This document shows positions 53,067 to 64,000 of a stretch of DNA of 64,000 nucleotides, piece by piece (the stretch's first letter is position 1; each line of letters begins with the position of its first letter). Position numbers and translations under genes: made by a program. Source of the DNA: Eledone cirrhosa (taxonomy: Eukaryota); NCBI GenBank assembly GCA_964016885.1, contig OZ024753.1:16554001-16618000 (forward strand), read 5' to 3'. The notes under the pieces were generated by a model, which saw only the letters and a program-made list of their open reading frames with translations, made no database searches and was not told the DNA's origin.

Positions 53067-53319
53067 GAGGTTGAAGCCTTTATTACAATAACCAAAGATT
53101 TTCCAACAATATGGTGTACATGTATGGAGTAAATATGAACATACAATTAAACAAAAATCACTCCAGAATTATCTACATGTTAACTACAACAACAACAACC
53201 AATACAATGACATTTACAGTAACATCAACAACAACAATAAATGTTAAGTAACTTCTACTATAAACCTTGTGTTGTCTGATGTTTTATAAGTGGAATTTGG
53301 GAGAATGGAACTGCAGAAG

Positions 53320-53332
53320 CCTGTGTGTGTCC

Positions 53333-53366
<34 letters not shown>

Positions 53367-55037
53367 GCCCGTGTGTGCGTGTGTCCCCGTGTGTGTGTGT
53401 GTGTGTGTGTGTTCCCGTATGTGTGTGTGTGTGTGTCCCCGTGTGTGTGTGTGTCCGTGTGTGTGTGTGTGTGTGTCTGTGTCCGTGTGTGTGTGTCCGT
53501 GTGTCCGTGTCTGTGTATGTGTGTGTGTCCGTCTGTGTGTGTGAGAGAAAATGTATTTCTGTGTGTGAGAAAGAGAGAGTGTGTGTGTTTCTTTGTGAGA
53601 GTGTGTGTGTGAGAAAGAGAGAGTGTGTTTCTGTGTGAGAGTGTGTGTGTATGTGTGTTTCTGTGTGAGAGTGTGTGTGTGTGTAAAAAAGTGTGTGAGA
53701 GTGTGTGTGTTTCTGTGTGAGTGTGTGTGTGTGTGTGAAAGAGAGTGTGTGTGAAAAAGAGAGTGTGTGAGAGTGTGTGTGTGTGTGAAAGAGAGAGTGT
53801 GTGTGTTTCTGTGTGAGAGAGTGTGTGTGTGTGTTTCTGTGTGAGAGAGAGAGTGTGTGTGTGTTTCTGTGTGAGAGTGTGTGTGTGTGAAAGAGAGAGA
53901 GTGTGTGTGTTTCTGTGTGTGTGTATGTGTGTGTGTGAAAGAGAGAGAGTGTGTGTTTCTGTGTGAGAGTGTGTGTGTTTCTATATGAGAGTGTGTGTGA
54001 AAGAGAGAGAGAGTGTGTGTGTGTGAAAGAGAGAGAGTGTGTGTGTTTCTGTGTGAGTGTGTGTGAAAGAGAGAGTGTGTTAGTTTCTGTGTGAGTGTGT
54101 GTGTGTGTGAAAGAGAGAGAGAGTGTGTGTGTTTCTGTGTGAGAGTCTGTGTGAAAGAGAGAGAGAGTGTGTGTGAAAGAGAGAGAGAGTGTGTGTGTTT
54201 CTGTGTGAGAGTGTGTGTGTGAAAGAGAGAGAGAGTGTGTGTGTTTCTGTGTGAGTGTGTGTGTGTGTGAAAGAGTGAGAGAGTGTGTGTTTCTGTGTGA
54301 GTGTGTGTGATAGAGAGAGTGTGTGTGTGTGTGTTTGTGTGAGTGTGTGTGTGTGAAAGAGAGAGTGTGTGTGTGTGTGAAAGAGAGTGTGTGTGTTTCT
54401 GTGTGAGAGTGTGTGTGTGTGTGAAAGAGAGAGAGTGTGTGTGTTTCTGTGTGAGTGTGTGTGTGTGTGAAAGAAAGTGTGAGTGTGTGTGTGTGAAAGA
54501 GAGAGTGTGTGTGTTTCTGTGTGAGAGTGTGTGTGTGTGAAAGAGAGAGAGTGTGTGTGTGTTTCTGTGTGAGAGTGAGTGTGTGTGTGTGTGAAAGAAA
54601 GTGTGTTTCTGTGTGAGAGTGTGTGTGTGTGTGAAAGAGAGAGTGTGTGTGTTTCTGTGTGAGAGTGTGTGTGTGTGTGAAAGAGAGAGAGTGTGTGTGT
54701 TTCTTTGTGAGAGTGTGTGTGTGTGAAAGAGAGAGAGAGTGTGTGTGTGTGTGTGAAAGAGAGTGTGTGTGAGAGTGTGTGTGTGTAAAAGAGAGAGAGT
54801 GTGTGTGTGTGTGTGAAAGAGAGAGTGTGTGTGTTTCTGTGTGAGAGTGTGTGTGTGTGTGTGTGAAAGAGAGAGAGTGTGTGTGTTTCTTTGTGAGAGT
54901 GTGTGTGTGTGAAAGAGAGTGTGTGTGAGAGTGTGTGTGTGTGAAAGAGAGAGAGTGTGTGTTTGTGTGAGAGTGTGTGTGTTTCTGTGTGAGAGTGTGT
55001 GTGTGTGTAAAAGAGAGAGTGTGTGTGTTTCTGTGTG

Positions 55038-55078
<41 letters not shown>

Positions 55079-55150
55079 GAGAGAGTGTGTGTGTTTCTGT
55101 GTGAGAGTGTGTGTGTGTGTGTAAAAGAGAGAGAGTGTGTGTTTCTGTGT
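53320..55150. repeat. Compound (GT)n/(GA)n repeat with TTTCTGTGTGAGA and GAAAGAGA motifs
   Basis: Direct reading. Confidence 0.95.
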
Positions 55151-55815
55151 GTATATATTTTCCAGAAGTGGTTTAAAAACAAGAATAAGATATGTCCAGA
55201 CTTGAAAAAAAAAAAAAAAAAAAAAAAAATGTAGTAAATCACAGCAGAACTCCAGTATGGCCAGAGTGTTATGACTGAAACCAGTGAAAGAATAAAAGAA
55301 TGAAGACCCACTGAGACATTAGCAACAACTACAACTACAACAACAACTGCTAACTACTACAACAACAACAACAGCTGCATCAACAGTTATGCAGCTGCAA
55401 CAACTAAAGACATGTATTACTATGTTGACAGCTACAATAACAGTAACAACAACAACAGAAAGTCTTTAGAGGAATCTACTTTGTTGCAAGAATGATGGAC
55501 AGGTCTCTGGTTTGAGGAAAACTTTCTCACTCTCTTTCAGTCTTGGAAGCCCTGAAAAGGGTTTTGGTGCTGCCGTGACTAAGCAGCAAAGAACAAAACA
55601 AAACAAGCTAACCTGCTAGAAACAACAACCAAATCTCCATCAAATCATACTGTCATATATATATATATATGTATATATAAGTAGAAGTTGTATTTAATTT
55701 GTTGGAAGTCCGACAAACATAAATGTTTATAACTGATTTAGAGCACTCAACAGTTAACTGGAGTAAATATTCAATGATATTAAATAAATGGAAACTATAT
55801 TTATAAAACCATATT

Positions 55816-55880
55816 TATTTTATTATATATATTTCAAGGGCAACCAAGACAACATTGGTGCGCTTTCATCAGATAAAACA
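55816..55880 (-). ncRNA. Minimal hammerhead ribozyme (left arm of family A inverted repeat 55767-56104)
   Basis: Minus strand: TGTTTTAT-CTGATGA-AAG..ACCAA/TTGGT..CTT-GAAA-TATATATA-ATAAAATA. Confidence 0.8.
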
Positions 55881-55990
55881 CAAAGTTTGTTTTATAAATA
55901 GAGACATACCCATGAAAATCATACCTTATCGGTTGGAAATTCACTGGATAGACTATCATGGGTATGTCTCTATTTATAAAACAAACTTTG

Positions 55991-56055
55991 TATTTTATCT
56001 GATGAAAGCGTACCAATGTTGTCTAGGTAACCCTTGAAATATATTTAATAAAATA
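55991..56055 (+). ncRNA. Minimal hammerhead ribozyme (right arm)
   Basis: TATTTTAT-CTGATGA(55999)-...-GAAA(56036)-TATATTTA-ATAAAATA. Confidence 0.75.
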
Positions 56056-56272
56056 AATATAGTTTTATAAATATAGTTTTCATTTATTTAATATCATTGA
56101 ATATATATATATATATATACATATATAAATATATATATTGGAAAATGTGTGAGATCCTTGGTACAGTTAGGTATATTTGAAAAAAAGGAAAAGAATGACT
56201 TCACTTCAAAAATTTGATTTAATGTTATAATATAATATTATAATATTATGAGTTGGTAGATCCAGTTCATAA

Positions 56273-56565
56273 TTAACTTTGCCTTTCACCTTACGGGGTC
56301 AATAAAATAAAGTACCAGTAATACACTGGGATAATTGCTGGCCTTGTGCCAAAAGTAGAAACAGTTATATTATAACATTTGTATTGGCAGTATCGGTAGA
56401 GGGTCGGATGCCATGCTTTCGAGCATAGTTACATCCCTTTACGGTCTGAGTTCAAATTCCGTCGAGGTTAACTTTGCCTTTCATCCTTACAGGGTCGATA
56501 AAATAAAGTACCAGTAATGTACTGTGTATTTGCTGGCTTTGTGCCAAAAGTAGAAACAATTATAT
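56273..56565 (+). mobile_element. Two SINE family B copies inside an inverted repeat (56173-56236 / 56559-56632)
   Basis: Family B cores; flanks TTTGAAAAAAAGGAAAAGAATGACTTCACTT / AAGTGAAGTCATTCTTTTCCTTTTTTTCAAA. Confidence 0.8.
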
Positions 56566-56625
56566 TATAACATTAAATCATAAATTTTTTAACACTACAA
56601 GTGAAGTCATTCTTTTCCTTTTTTT

Positions 56626-56693
<68 letters not shown>

Positions 56694-56713
56694 TATATAT
56701 ATATATATATATA

Positions 56714-56907
<194 letters not shown>

Positions 56908-57054
56908 TATATATATTCAAATATATATATATATATAAAATTCAAAGGGTATATATATATAATTAGACATAGTCACAGATACATATATGAGTTTGGCAAC
57001 CATTCAGGGTGTGGCTCAATGAAGAATTAATTAAATAATTATTAATCAGAGCTA

Positions 57055-57400
57055 TATATATAAATGTAAGTCCAAAGAATCATTAGATAAAATATATACA
57101 GTATTTCCTCTCCTAATCAGTAAAAATCAACCACATAAAAAATCATTTAAACGAGGCTATAAGTTTAAAATGTACTTATGAAGAAATAATAGACAAATGA
57201 TACAGAATATTTTCCGAGATGTACAGCCATATGACACTTATCTAATTATTTCTTCTAGCCTGTAGAAATTGACTAACAAGTAGTTAACTACACGGAATTA
57301 GGTACAAAATAGAAGTTTGAAGAAAAAAGGCACATAAATTCTACAAGAAGTACTGTATATATTTTATCTAACGATTCTTTGGATTTACATTTATATATAT
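57055..57400. mobile_element. Element with ~55-bp inverted termini in (TA)n
   Basis: TAAATGTAAGTCCAAAGAATCATTAGATAAAATATATACAGTA / TACTGTATATATTTTATCTAACGATTCTTTGGATTTACATTTA. Confidence 0.7.
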
Positions 57401-57710
57401 CATCATCATCATCATCAGGTTTAGCGTCCGTGTTCCACGCTTGCATGGGTTTGGACGGGGGTTTTCCCACTTGAGGCAAGAGTGGTTGTCTTGCTCGCAT
57501 AGGACTGTCTGGCGGGTTTTCTACAGCTGGATGCCCTTCCTAACACCAACCACATTTACAGTGTGGGGCTGGGAGGTTTTTACCGTGTTGCCTACACGGC
57601 CACATTACAGCGTGGACTGTCTGGCGGGTTTTCTACAGCTGGATGCCCTTCCTAACACCAACCACATTTACAGTGTGGGGCTGGGAGGTTTTTACCGTGT
57701 TGCCTACAAT
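57400..57710 (-). mobile_element. RTE 3'-UTR fragment with ~110-bp duplication
   Basis: (CAT)n tail; GGACTGTCTGGCGGGTTTTCTACAGCTGGATGCCC...GCCTACA occurs twice. Confidence 0.8.
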
Positions 57711-57734
57711 ATATATATATATATATATATAAAA

Positions 57735-57945
57735 TATTCAATGATATTAAATAAATGGAGACTATATTTCTAAAACCATATTTATTCTATTATATAATAG
57801 AATAAATATGGCTTTATAAATATAGTTTCCATTTATTTAATATCATTGTATATTATACTCCAGAAAACTTGTTGAGTGCTTTGAATCAGTTATAAACATT
57901 TATATTTGTTGAATTACCAACAAATGTAATATCCCTGTTGCTTAT
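57735..57945. mobile_element. Family A fold-back (hairpin 57735-57850 centred on TATATA 57791-57796) plus tail
   Basis: CAATGATATTAAATAAATGG...TTCTAT-TATATA-ATAGAA...CCATTTATTTAATATCATTG. Confidence 0.8.
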
Positions 57946-57956
57946 ATATATATAAT

Positions 57957-58053
57957 ATATAGAAATGGCTTCTACAGGACAAGAACTGTTTCATTCGAAG
58001 GAAATGATCCTTGAAATGAAACAGTTCTAGTCCTGTAGAAGCCATTTCTGTAT
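57957..58053. mobile_element. Fold-back element; downstream tail shared with 3408-3455
   Basis: AGAAATGGCTTCTACAGGAC.AGAACTGTTTCATT / AATGAAACAGTTCT.GTCCTGTAGAAGCCATTTCT; tail CTTACTGTGGTTACCCCTGATTGAA. Confidence 0.75.
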
Positions 58054-58242
58054 TAAATATTGTATATACTCTACTATGTATTGAGTACCTTACTTACTGT
58101 GGTTACCCCTGATTGAACTCGGGAGACACACACATACAGAGACAGAGACACAGAGACAGAGAGAGAGAGAGAAATAACAAAACAAACCACTCAGTACATA
58201 GAAGAAATATATTATTTTAATGTTTGAAATAGCAGGAAGAGA

Positions 58243-58280
58243 ATCTTAATGTTTCGGACACTAGTCCTTCATCAGAAGAT
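58243..58280 (-). ncRNA. Minimal hammerhead-like motif
   Basis: Minus strand: ATCTT-CTGATGA-A-GGAC(TAGT)GTCC-GAAA-CATT-AAGAT; stem III is imperfect. Confidence 0.65.
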
Positions 58281-58387
58281 AGTTGGAAATAGAAGATAAA
58301 TAAAAAGGTAAAAGTGATAAGAGGAAGGAATAGGGAAAAATGAATGAAAAAATGACATGTGCGTATTCAGTCAGCCATTTTATATAT

Positions 58388-58724
58388 CATCATCATCATC
58401 ATCATCATCATCATACGTCTGCTTTTCCCTGCTTGCAAGGGTGGGACAGGAACTGATTCTGGCTTGATTTCTACAGCTGGATGCCCTTCCTAACACCAAC
58501 GGCATTTACAGTGAATGCTGGGTGCTTTTTTGCCGTGGCACCTCCATGTCCACTTTGCAGTGGAATGATAGGGACCCCAGTCCTATCATCTCATTTCTAC
58601 AGCTGAGTAAACTGGAGCAATGTGAAATAAAGTGTCTTGCTCAAAGAAATAACACATCACCCGGTCCGAGAATTGAACTCACAACCTTTTGATTGCAAGG
58701 CCAATGTTCTAACCACTAAGCCAT
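58388..58724 (-). mobile_element. SINE family A
   Basis: Consensus match. Confidence 0.9.
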
Positions 58725-58729
58725 ATATC

Positions 58730-60165
58730 AGTGTTTAATGTCTATTTTAGCATGGGTTAGATCTGGTGACCATCTCTTGCTCATATGGAACTATATGCTT
58801 TCTACAACTGGATGTCCTTCCTTATGCCAACCACGTTCCATTGTGAACTGGGTGTTTTTTTTATCATGGCACTAAAACAATCATCTAACAGTTTTGACTG
58901 GGTGATTTTCACTAGCACGACCCCTTACAGGGCATACTGGGTGCTTTTTGCTGTATCACTAGCACAAACCCCTTACAGGACAGACTTGGGTGCTTTTTTT
59001 CTGTGTCACTAGCACAATCCCCTTACAGGACAGACTTGGTGCTTTTTGCCTGTGTCACTAACACAAACCCCTTACAGGGCATACTGGGGGCTTTTTGCTG
59101 TCACTAGTACAACCTTCTTACAGGGTGGACTTGGTGCTTTTCACTGTCACTAGCACAACTCCCTTACAAGGTGGACTTGGTGCTTTTTGCTGTGTCACTA
59201 GCACGACCCCCTTACAGGGCAAACTGGGCGCTTTTTTTCCCTCCGTGCTGAGTTGACTAAGTGTTTCGTTGGTTGGACTGGGTGTTTTTTTTTTTTGTTT
59301 CTCCATACTGGGTGCCTGATGTCATGTTACCAACACAACCCCCTTAGAAGGTGGACTGGGTGTTTTTTTTTCTTTTTTCTCCTTACTGCCTGGACTGGGT
59401 GCTTCTTGTCATATTAACAGCAGAACTACCTTAAAGGGTGGACTGGCTTCTTTTGTTGTGGCACCAGTTCACCATACAGGGTGGACTTAGTGTTTTTTGT
59501 TGTGGCAGCAACATTGTAGGAGATCAGATGTGGAGCATGTCCAGCTTTTCATGTTTGTGGGTGGGGCAGGAGAGGTGTACCAAGAGTGAAGAGTGAGGGT
59601 TGGGGAGGTAACAAGTAAGGAAGTTAGACATAGATGAGGTGAGTGGGATATTTAGCTGGTGAGGTAGGGTATAAAGATTGGGGAGAGTAAATAAGGGAGG
59701 ATTTATCTGTATATATCAATTCTGTATGATCAAGACATGGTCACCTGACCTAGCATTGCCCACAACAGGACAACTCGTCAGACCCATGCTAGCATGGAAA
59801 AATAGACATAAAACGGTGATGACGATGATATATGTATATACACACAAATATATATATATATCATCATCATTATCACGATATATATATGTATATTATGTTG
59901 GTACCATAAAACACCCAGCCCACTCTGTAAGTGGTTGTGTAGGTGTCATGACAAAAAGCCCCAGCGCACACTAAAGTGCTCGTGTAAGAGACATGGTAAA
60001 AAGCACCCAGCACACAATGTAAATGTTGTTGGTGTTAGGAAGGGCATCCAGCCATAGAAAATCAGCCAGAAACTGTCCTATATGAGCGAGACACGGTCAC
60101 CCAACCCAACCTGCCTCTAAATGGGACAAACGTGTCTAACCCATGCAAGTGTGGATGATAATGAT
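58730..60165. mobile_element. Cluster of old RTE 3'-UTR fragments (minus 58730-59520 with degenerate ~50-bp modules; plus 59720-59830 and 59895-60165)
   Basis: GGACTGGGTGCTTTT...CTTACAG modules; AGGAAGGGCATCCAG and CCCATGCTAGCATGG tails. Confidence 0.7.
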
Positions 60166-60235
60166 ATATATGTGTGTGTGTGTGTCTGTTTGTGTGTATA
60201 TGTGTGTGTGTGTATAAATAAATGAGTATATATAT

Positions 60236-60626
60236 CATCACCATCATCATCATCACCGTTTTACGTCCATTCCTCCACGCTAGCATGGGTTAGACGGGTT
60301 GTCCTGTTGTGGGCAGTGTCCGGTCGGCTGACCTTGTCTTGCTTATACGGGAACTGATTCTGGCTTGATTTCTACAGCTGGATGCCCTTCCTAACACCAA
60401 CCTCATTTACAGTGAGTGCTGGGTGCTTTTTTGCCGTGGCACCTCCACGATCACTTTGCAGTGGGATGATAGTAACCCTAGTCCTATCATCTCATTTCTA
60501 CAGCTGAGTAAACTGGAGCAATGTGAAATAAAGTGTCTTGCTCAAGGAAACAACACATCACCTGGTCTGAGAATTGAACTCGCAACCTTTCGATTGCAAT
60601 CCCAATGCTCTAACCACTAAGCCATG
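60236..60626 (-). mobile_element. SINE family A, long-tail variant
   Basis: Similar to 23635-24062. Confidence 0.9.
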
Positions 60627-60708
60627 TTTATATATATATATATATATATATGACTGCCAATACTGAATTAAATAATCAAGACCGTAGCGGTATGTCATAT
60701 ATCAAATC

Positions 60709-60780
60709 ATATATTTTGTCTGATGAGGACGTACTGAAAAAACAACACAGTACCTTTGAAATATATATAATAAAGTATAT
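60709..60780 (+). ncRNA. Minimal type-I hammerhead ribozyme (family A-related)
   Basis: ATATATTTTGT-CTGATGA(60720)-GTACTG/CAGTAC-GAAA(60758)-TATATATA-ATAAAGTATAT; 11-bp stem I with two G-U pairs. Confidence 0.85.
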
Positions 60781-62047
60781 ATTTTGATTATGAGAATATT
60801 TTTCATTTGTTAACATTTTGAATAATATATATAAATATATATGTGTGAATGAAGTGATTCCGTCGGAAAAGTCCAGGAAAAAAGAGTGCTCTATGTAGGT
60901 AACAGAGCTTAATAGTTATGTAATAAACAACATAAGGCAATTATTTATGTATGTGTATGTATATATGTATAGTTATGTATGTGTATGTATATATATATAT
61001 ATATGTGTGTGTGATTATATATATGTATCTGTGTGTATGTATGTATATGTATGTTTATGTATATATACATATATATATGCATGTATATGTGTGTGTGTGT
61101 ATGCACGTTTGTATTTGTATGGATATGTTGATATTTATGTGTGTATGTATGTATGTGTATATGTATGTGTATGGATATATGTACACACATATATATGTGT
61201 GTGTGTATATGTGTGTGTGTGTATGTATGTATGAGTGTATGTATATATATATGTGTGTGTGTGTTTGCATGTGTGTTTTTATTTTTCCTTTCCTTCCTTT
61301 TCCAGCCTCACTTTCATATAGATTATATTTTTGTTTTTAAAATCCAACGCCAATAAATACACCAGGATTTTTTCATTCTGATGATTGAAAGCAACATTTT
61401 TTTGCTTTTAAGAAACCACTGGTAAATGAAATAATTGCCTTATGTTGTTTATTACATAACTAATATATATATATATTCATAGTGTGTATGATTCTGACTT
61501 TCCCCCCTTTGATTACAAATGCTTCTTGTAAACAAGTGGTCAGCAGCAAATCACTTAGTCTAAGATTGGTCAGAAACTGAACTCAGTTGTTAGGCAGTGG
61601 TGGTAGTAGTAGGACCGCTTCTTGCTGAAGTGGTGGTGGTGGTATAGGTGGTGGTGTAGGTGGTTGTTGTGGTGTAGGTGGTGGTGGTGGTAGTGGTAAT
61701 AGTAGAAACACTTCTAGCTGAAGAGGTGGTGGATATGGTGGTGGTGTTGGGAGTTGTGGAGATGGTGGTGTTGGTGGGCTACGTTAGTGGAGGTGGTGTT
61801 GGTGGTGTTTGGGTGTAGATCTATTTGAAAAGACTGAGGTGGAGGGTGTTGCTGATGTGACCACTCATATCTGAGATGGGGGTGGTGGAGACGACGATGT
61901 TGTTGTTGTTGTTGTTTGTGGCATTGAAACCACTCATATCTGAAGTAACCACTTTAACCACCAAGTACAAAGGAAGTGATTAAATTGTTATACACACCAC
62001 ACACACACACACACACACATATATAACTCAATACACACACATACACA

Positions 62048-62086
<39 letters not shown>

Positions 62087-62648
62087 CCTCAATACATACA
62101 CACCACACACACATATATATATACCTCAATACACACACATACACACCACACACACACATATACCTCAATACACATACATACACACCACACACATATACCT
62201 CAATACACACACACATCACACAATACACACATGCCACACCACACACATCAATACACACATGTCACACAACACACACACACATACACACAACACACACATA
62301 CCTCAATACGCACACATACACACCACACACACATCACACAATACACACACACATCACAATCAAAACACACACACACACAGGTGTCACATACACACGCACA
62401 TCACACAACACACTAAACATGCTATATACACACACTACACACACACATGCATACATACACTCACACAATCACACACCACACACACAGTATACACACAATC
62501 ACACACCACACACGCACTATACACACATGGACATACATACGCATATATTCATTCTCTTATTCTTCTACTTGTTTCTGTCATTAGACTGTAGACATGCTAA
62601 GGCACCGCCTTGATTGGGATTAACTGATCATATAGATTAACTGATCAT

Positions 62649-63001
62649 CATCATCATCATCATCATCATTTCATCATTTCATTTTACGTCCACTTTTTCC
62701 CTGCTTGCAAGGGTGGGACGGGAACTGAATCTGGCTTGATTTCTACAGCTGGATGCCCTTCCTAACACCAACCTCATTTACAGTGTTGGGTGCTTTTTTG
62801 CCGTGGCACTTCCACGACCACTTTGCAGTGGAATGATAGGGACACCAGTCCCTATCATCTCATTTCTACAGCTGAGTAAACTGGAGCAATGTGAAATAAA
62901 ATGTCTTGCTCAAGGAAACAACACATCACCCAGTCTGAGAATTGAACTGACAACCTTTCGATTGCAAGGCCAATGCTCTAATCACTAAGCCATGTGCCTC
63001 C
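62649..63001 (-). mobile_element. SINE family A, full length with long TSD
   Basis: ATCATATAGATTAACTGATCAT at 62627-62648 and 63002-63023. Confidence 0.93.
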
Positions 63002-63514
63002 ATCATATAGATTAACTGATCATTACCGAAATGAAAATTTTCTCATACCTCACCACATTTTATGTAATAAAAAGTACATTTAAAAGTAAAAAATGACTAA
63101 TAGTGCGTTAAATATATTATATAACATATGTAACTTATAATATGATTAAAGTAAACAAATTTAATGAAAGGTACAAGCTTGTTTTTGACGAGTAATCTCC
63201 TTTATATTAGGCCTAATTTGAGATAAACCCTCATCCCATCATCACACAAAGAAGTCTTTCCCTTTTTTAGTTTTTGATATTTGTCAGCATTTAAAATCCT
63301 TGTTGACAGCAATATGTCGTGGAGAATTGTAGAAGAAAGGCTTAGGGGAAGGGAAGCCCTGGTGAAAAGGCACAAGCAGCCCTATGGTAAAAAAAGTTCC
63401 AGAGAGATAACTGCAGATTCGAAGTCAGAACATTATTGGTGATAACTCTCTCCTCCAATTTGCAGATCCTAGTTACTATATTCTTAATACTTGACATAAT
63501 AAAATATCACAATC

Positions 63515-63855
63515 ATAAGATATCATTGTGATAATCTTATCATTGTCATATCTCATCATTGTGATATCTCGTCATTGTGATATTTCATCATTGTAATATT
63601 TTATCATTGTAATATCTCATCACTGTGATATCTTATCATTTTGATAAGATATCACAGTGATGAGATATGACAATGATAAGATATGACAATGATAAGATAT
63701 CACAATGATTAAATATCACAATAAAATATCACAATGACGAGATATGACAATGATGAGATATGACAATGATATCACAATATCACAATGATATCACATCACA
63801 GTGATAAGATATCACAAAATATCACAATGATATCACAATGATATCACATCAGTCA
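63515..63855. repeat. Head-to-head array of ~17-bp units forming a palindrome centred near 63641
   Basis: (ATCATTGTGATATCTC)n followed by (GAGATATGACAATGAT)n. Confidence 0.85.
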
Positions 63856-64000
63856 ATAATTATTGTTCACTATACTGGTACTCGTACAATTACAAGTAAT
63901 CCATAATATTCTAAATTTTTAAATCTTATTTATTTTTGGTGAATTAATTTTTTGAAACTGTTTCTAAATCTTTGTCTTTCAATCATTCTGCCTCACCTGT

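Noticed and set aside
55160-55230. Acceptor-like TTTTCCAG followed by [12 protein letters not shown] (RING- or homeobox-like)
   Set aside because: Too short, runs into poly-A, no supporting exons

Overview
Eukaryotic, AT-rich, almost entirely repetitive DNA. The SINE and RTE families, with (TGA)n tails and very long (TA)n/(CA)n tracts, resemble those of octopod cephalopods (inference). No host protein-coding gene can be confidently called, and nearly all ORFs in the track are artefacts of microsatellites or satellites. The window holds decayed non-LTR retrotransposons (RTE with a PHD-like finger, Tx1/L1-like, CRE-like, CR1-like), three SINE families, piggyBac-, hAT- and mariner-type MITEs, and several minisatellites, at least four of which visibly derive from transposon sequence. 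The most striking signal is about 14 minimal type-I hammerhead ribozyme motifs (stem I-CTGAnGA-stem II-GAAA-palindromic mini stem III-UH-stem I'). They sit in short ORF-less elements that are often fold-back (inverted) and inserted in (TA)n, consistent with Penelope-like/retrozyme-type elements. They include a 340-bp near-perfect palindrome with a ribozyme on each strand and a 51-bp satellite built from a broken hammerhead. All motifs were read by eye, and element boundaries are approximate.
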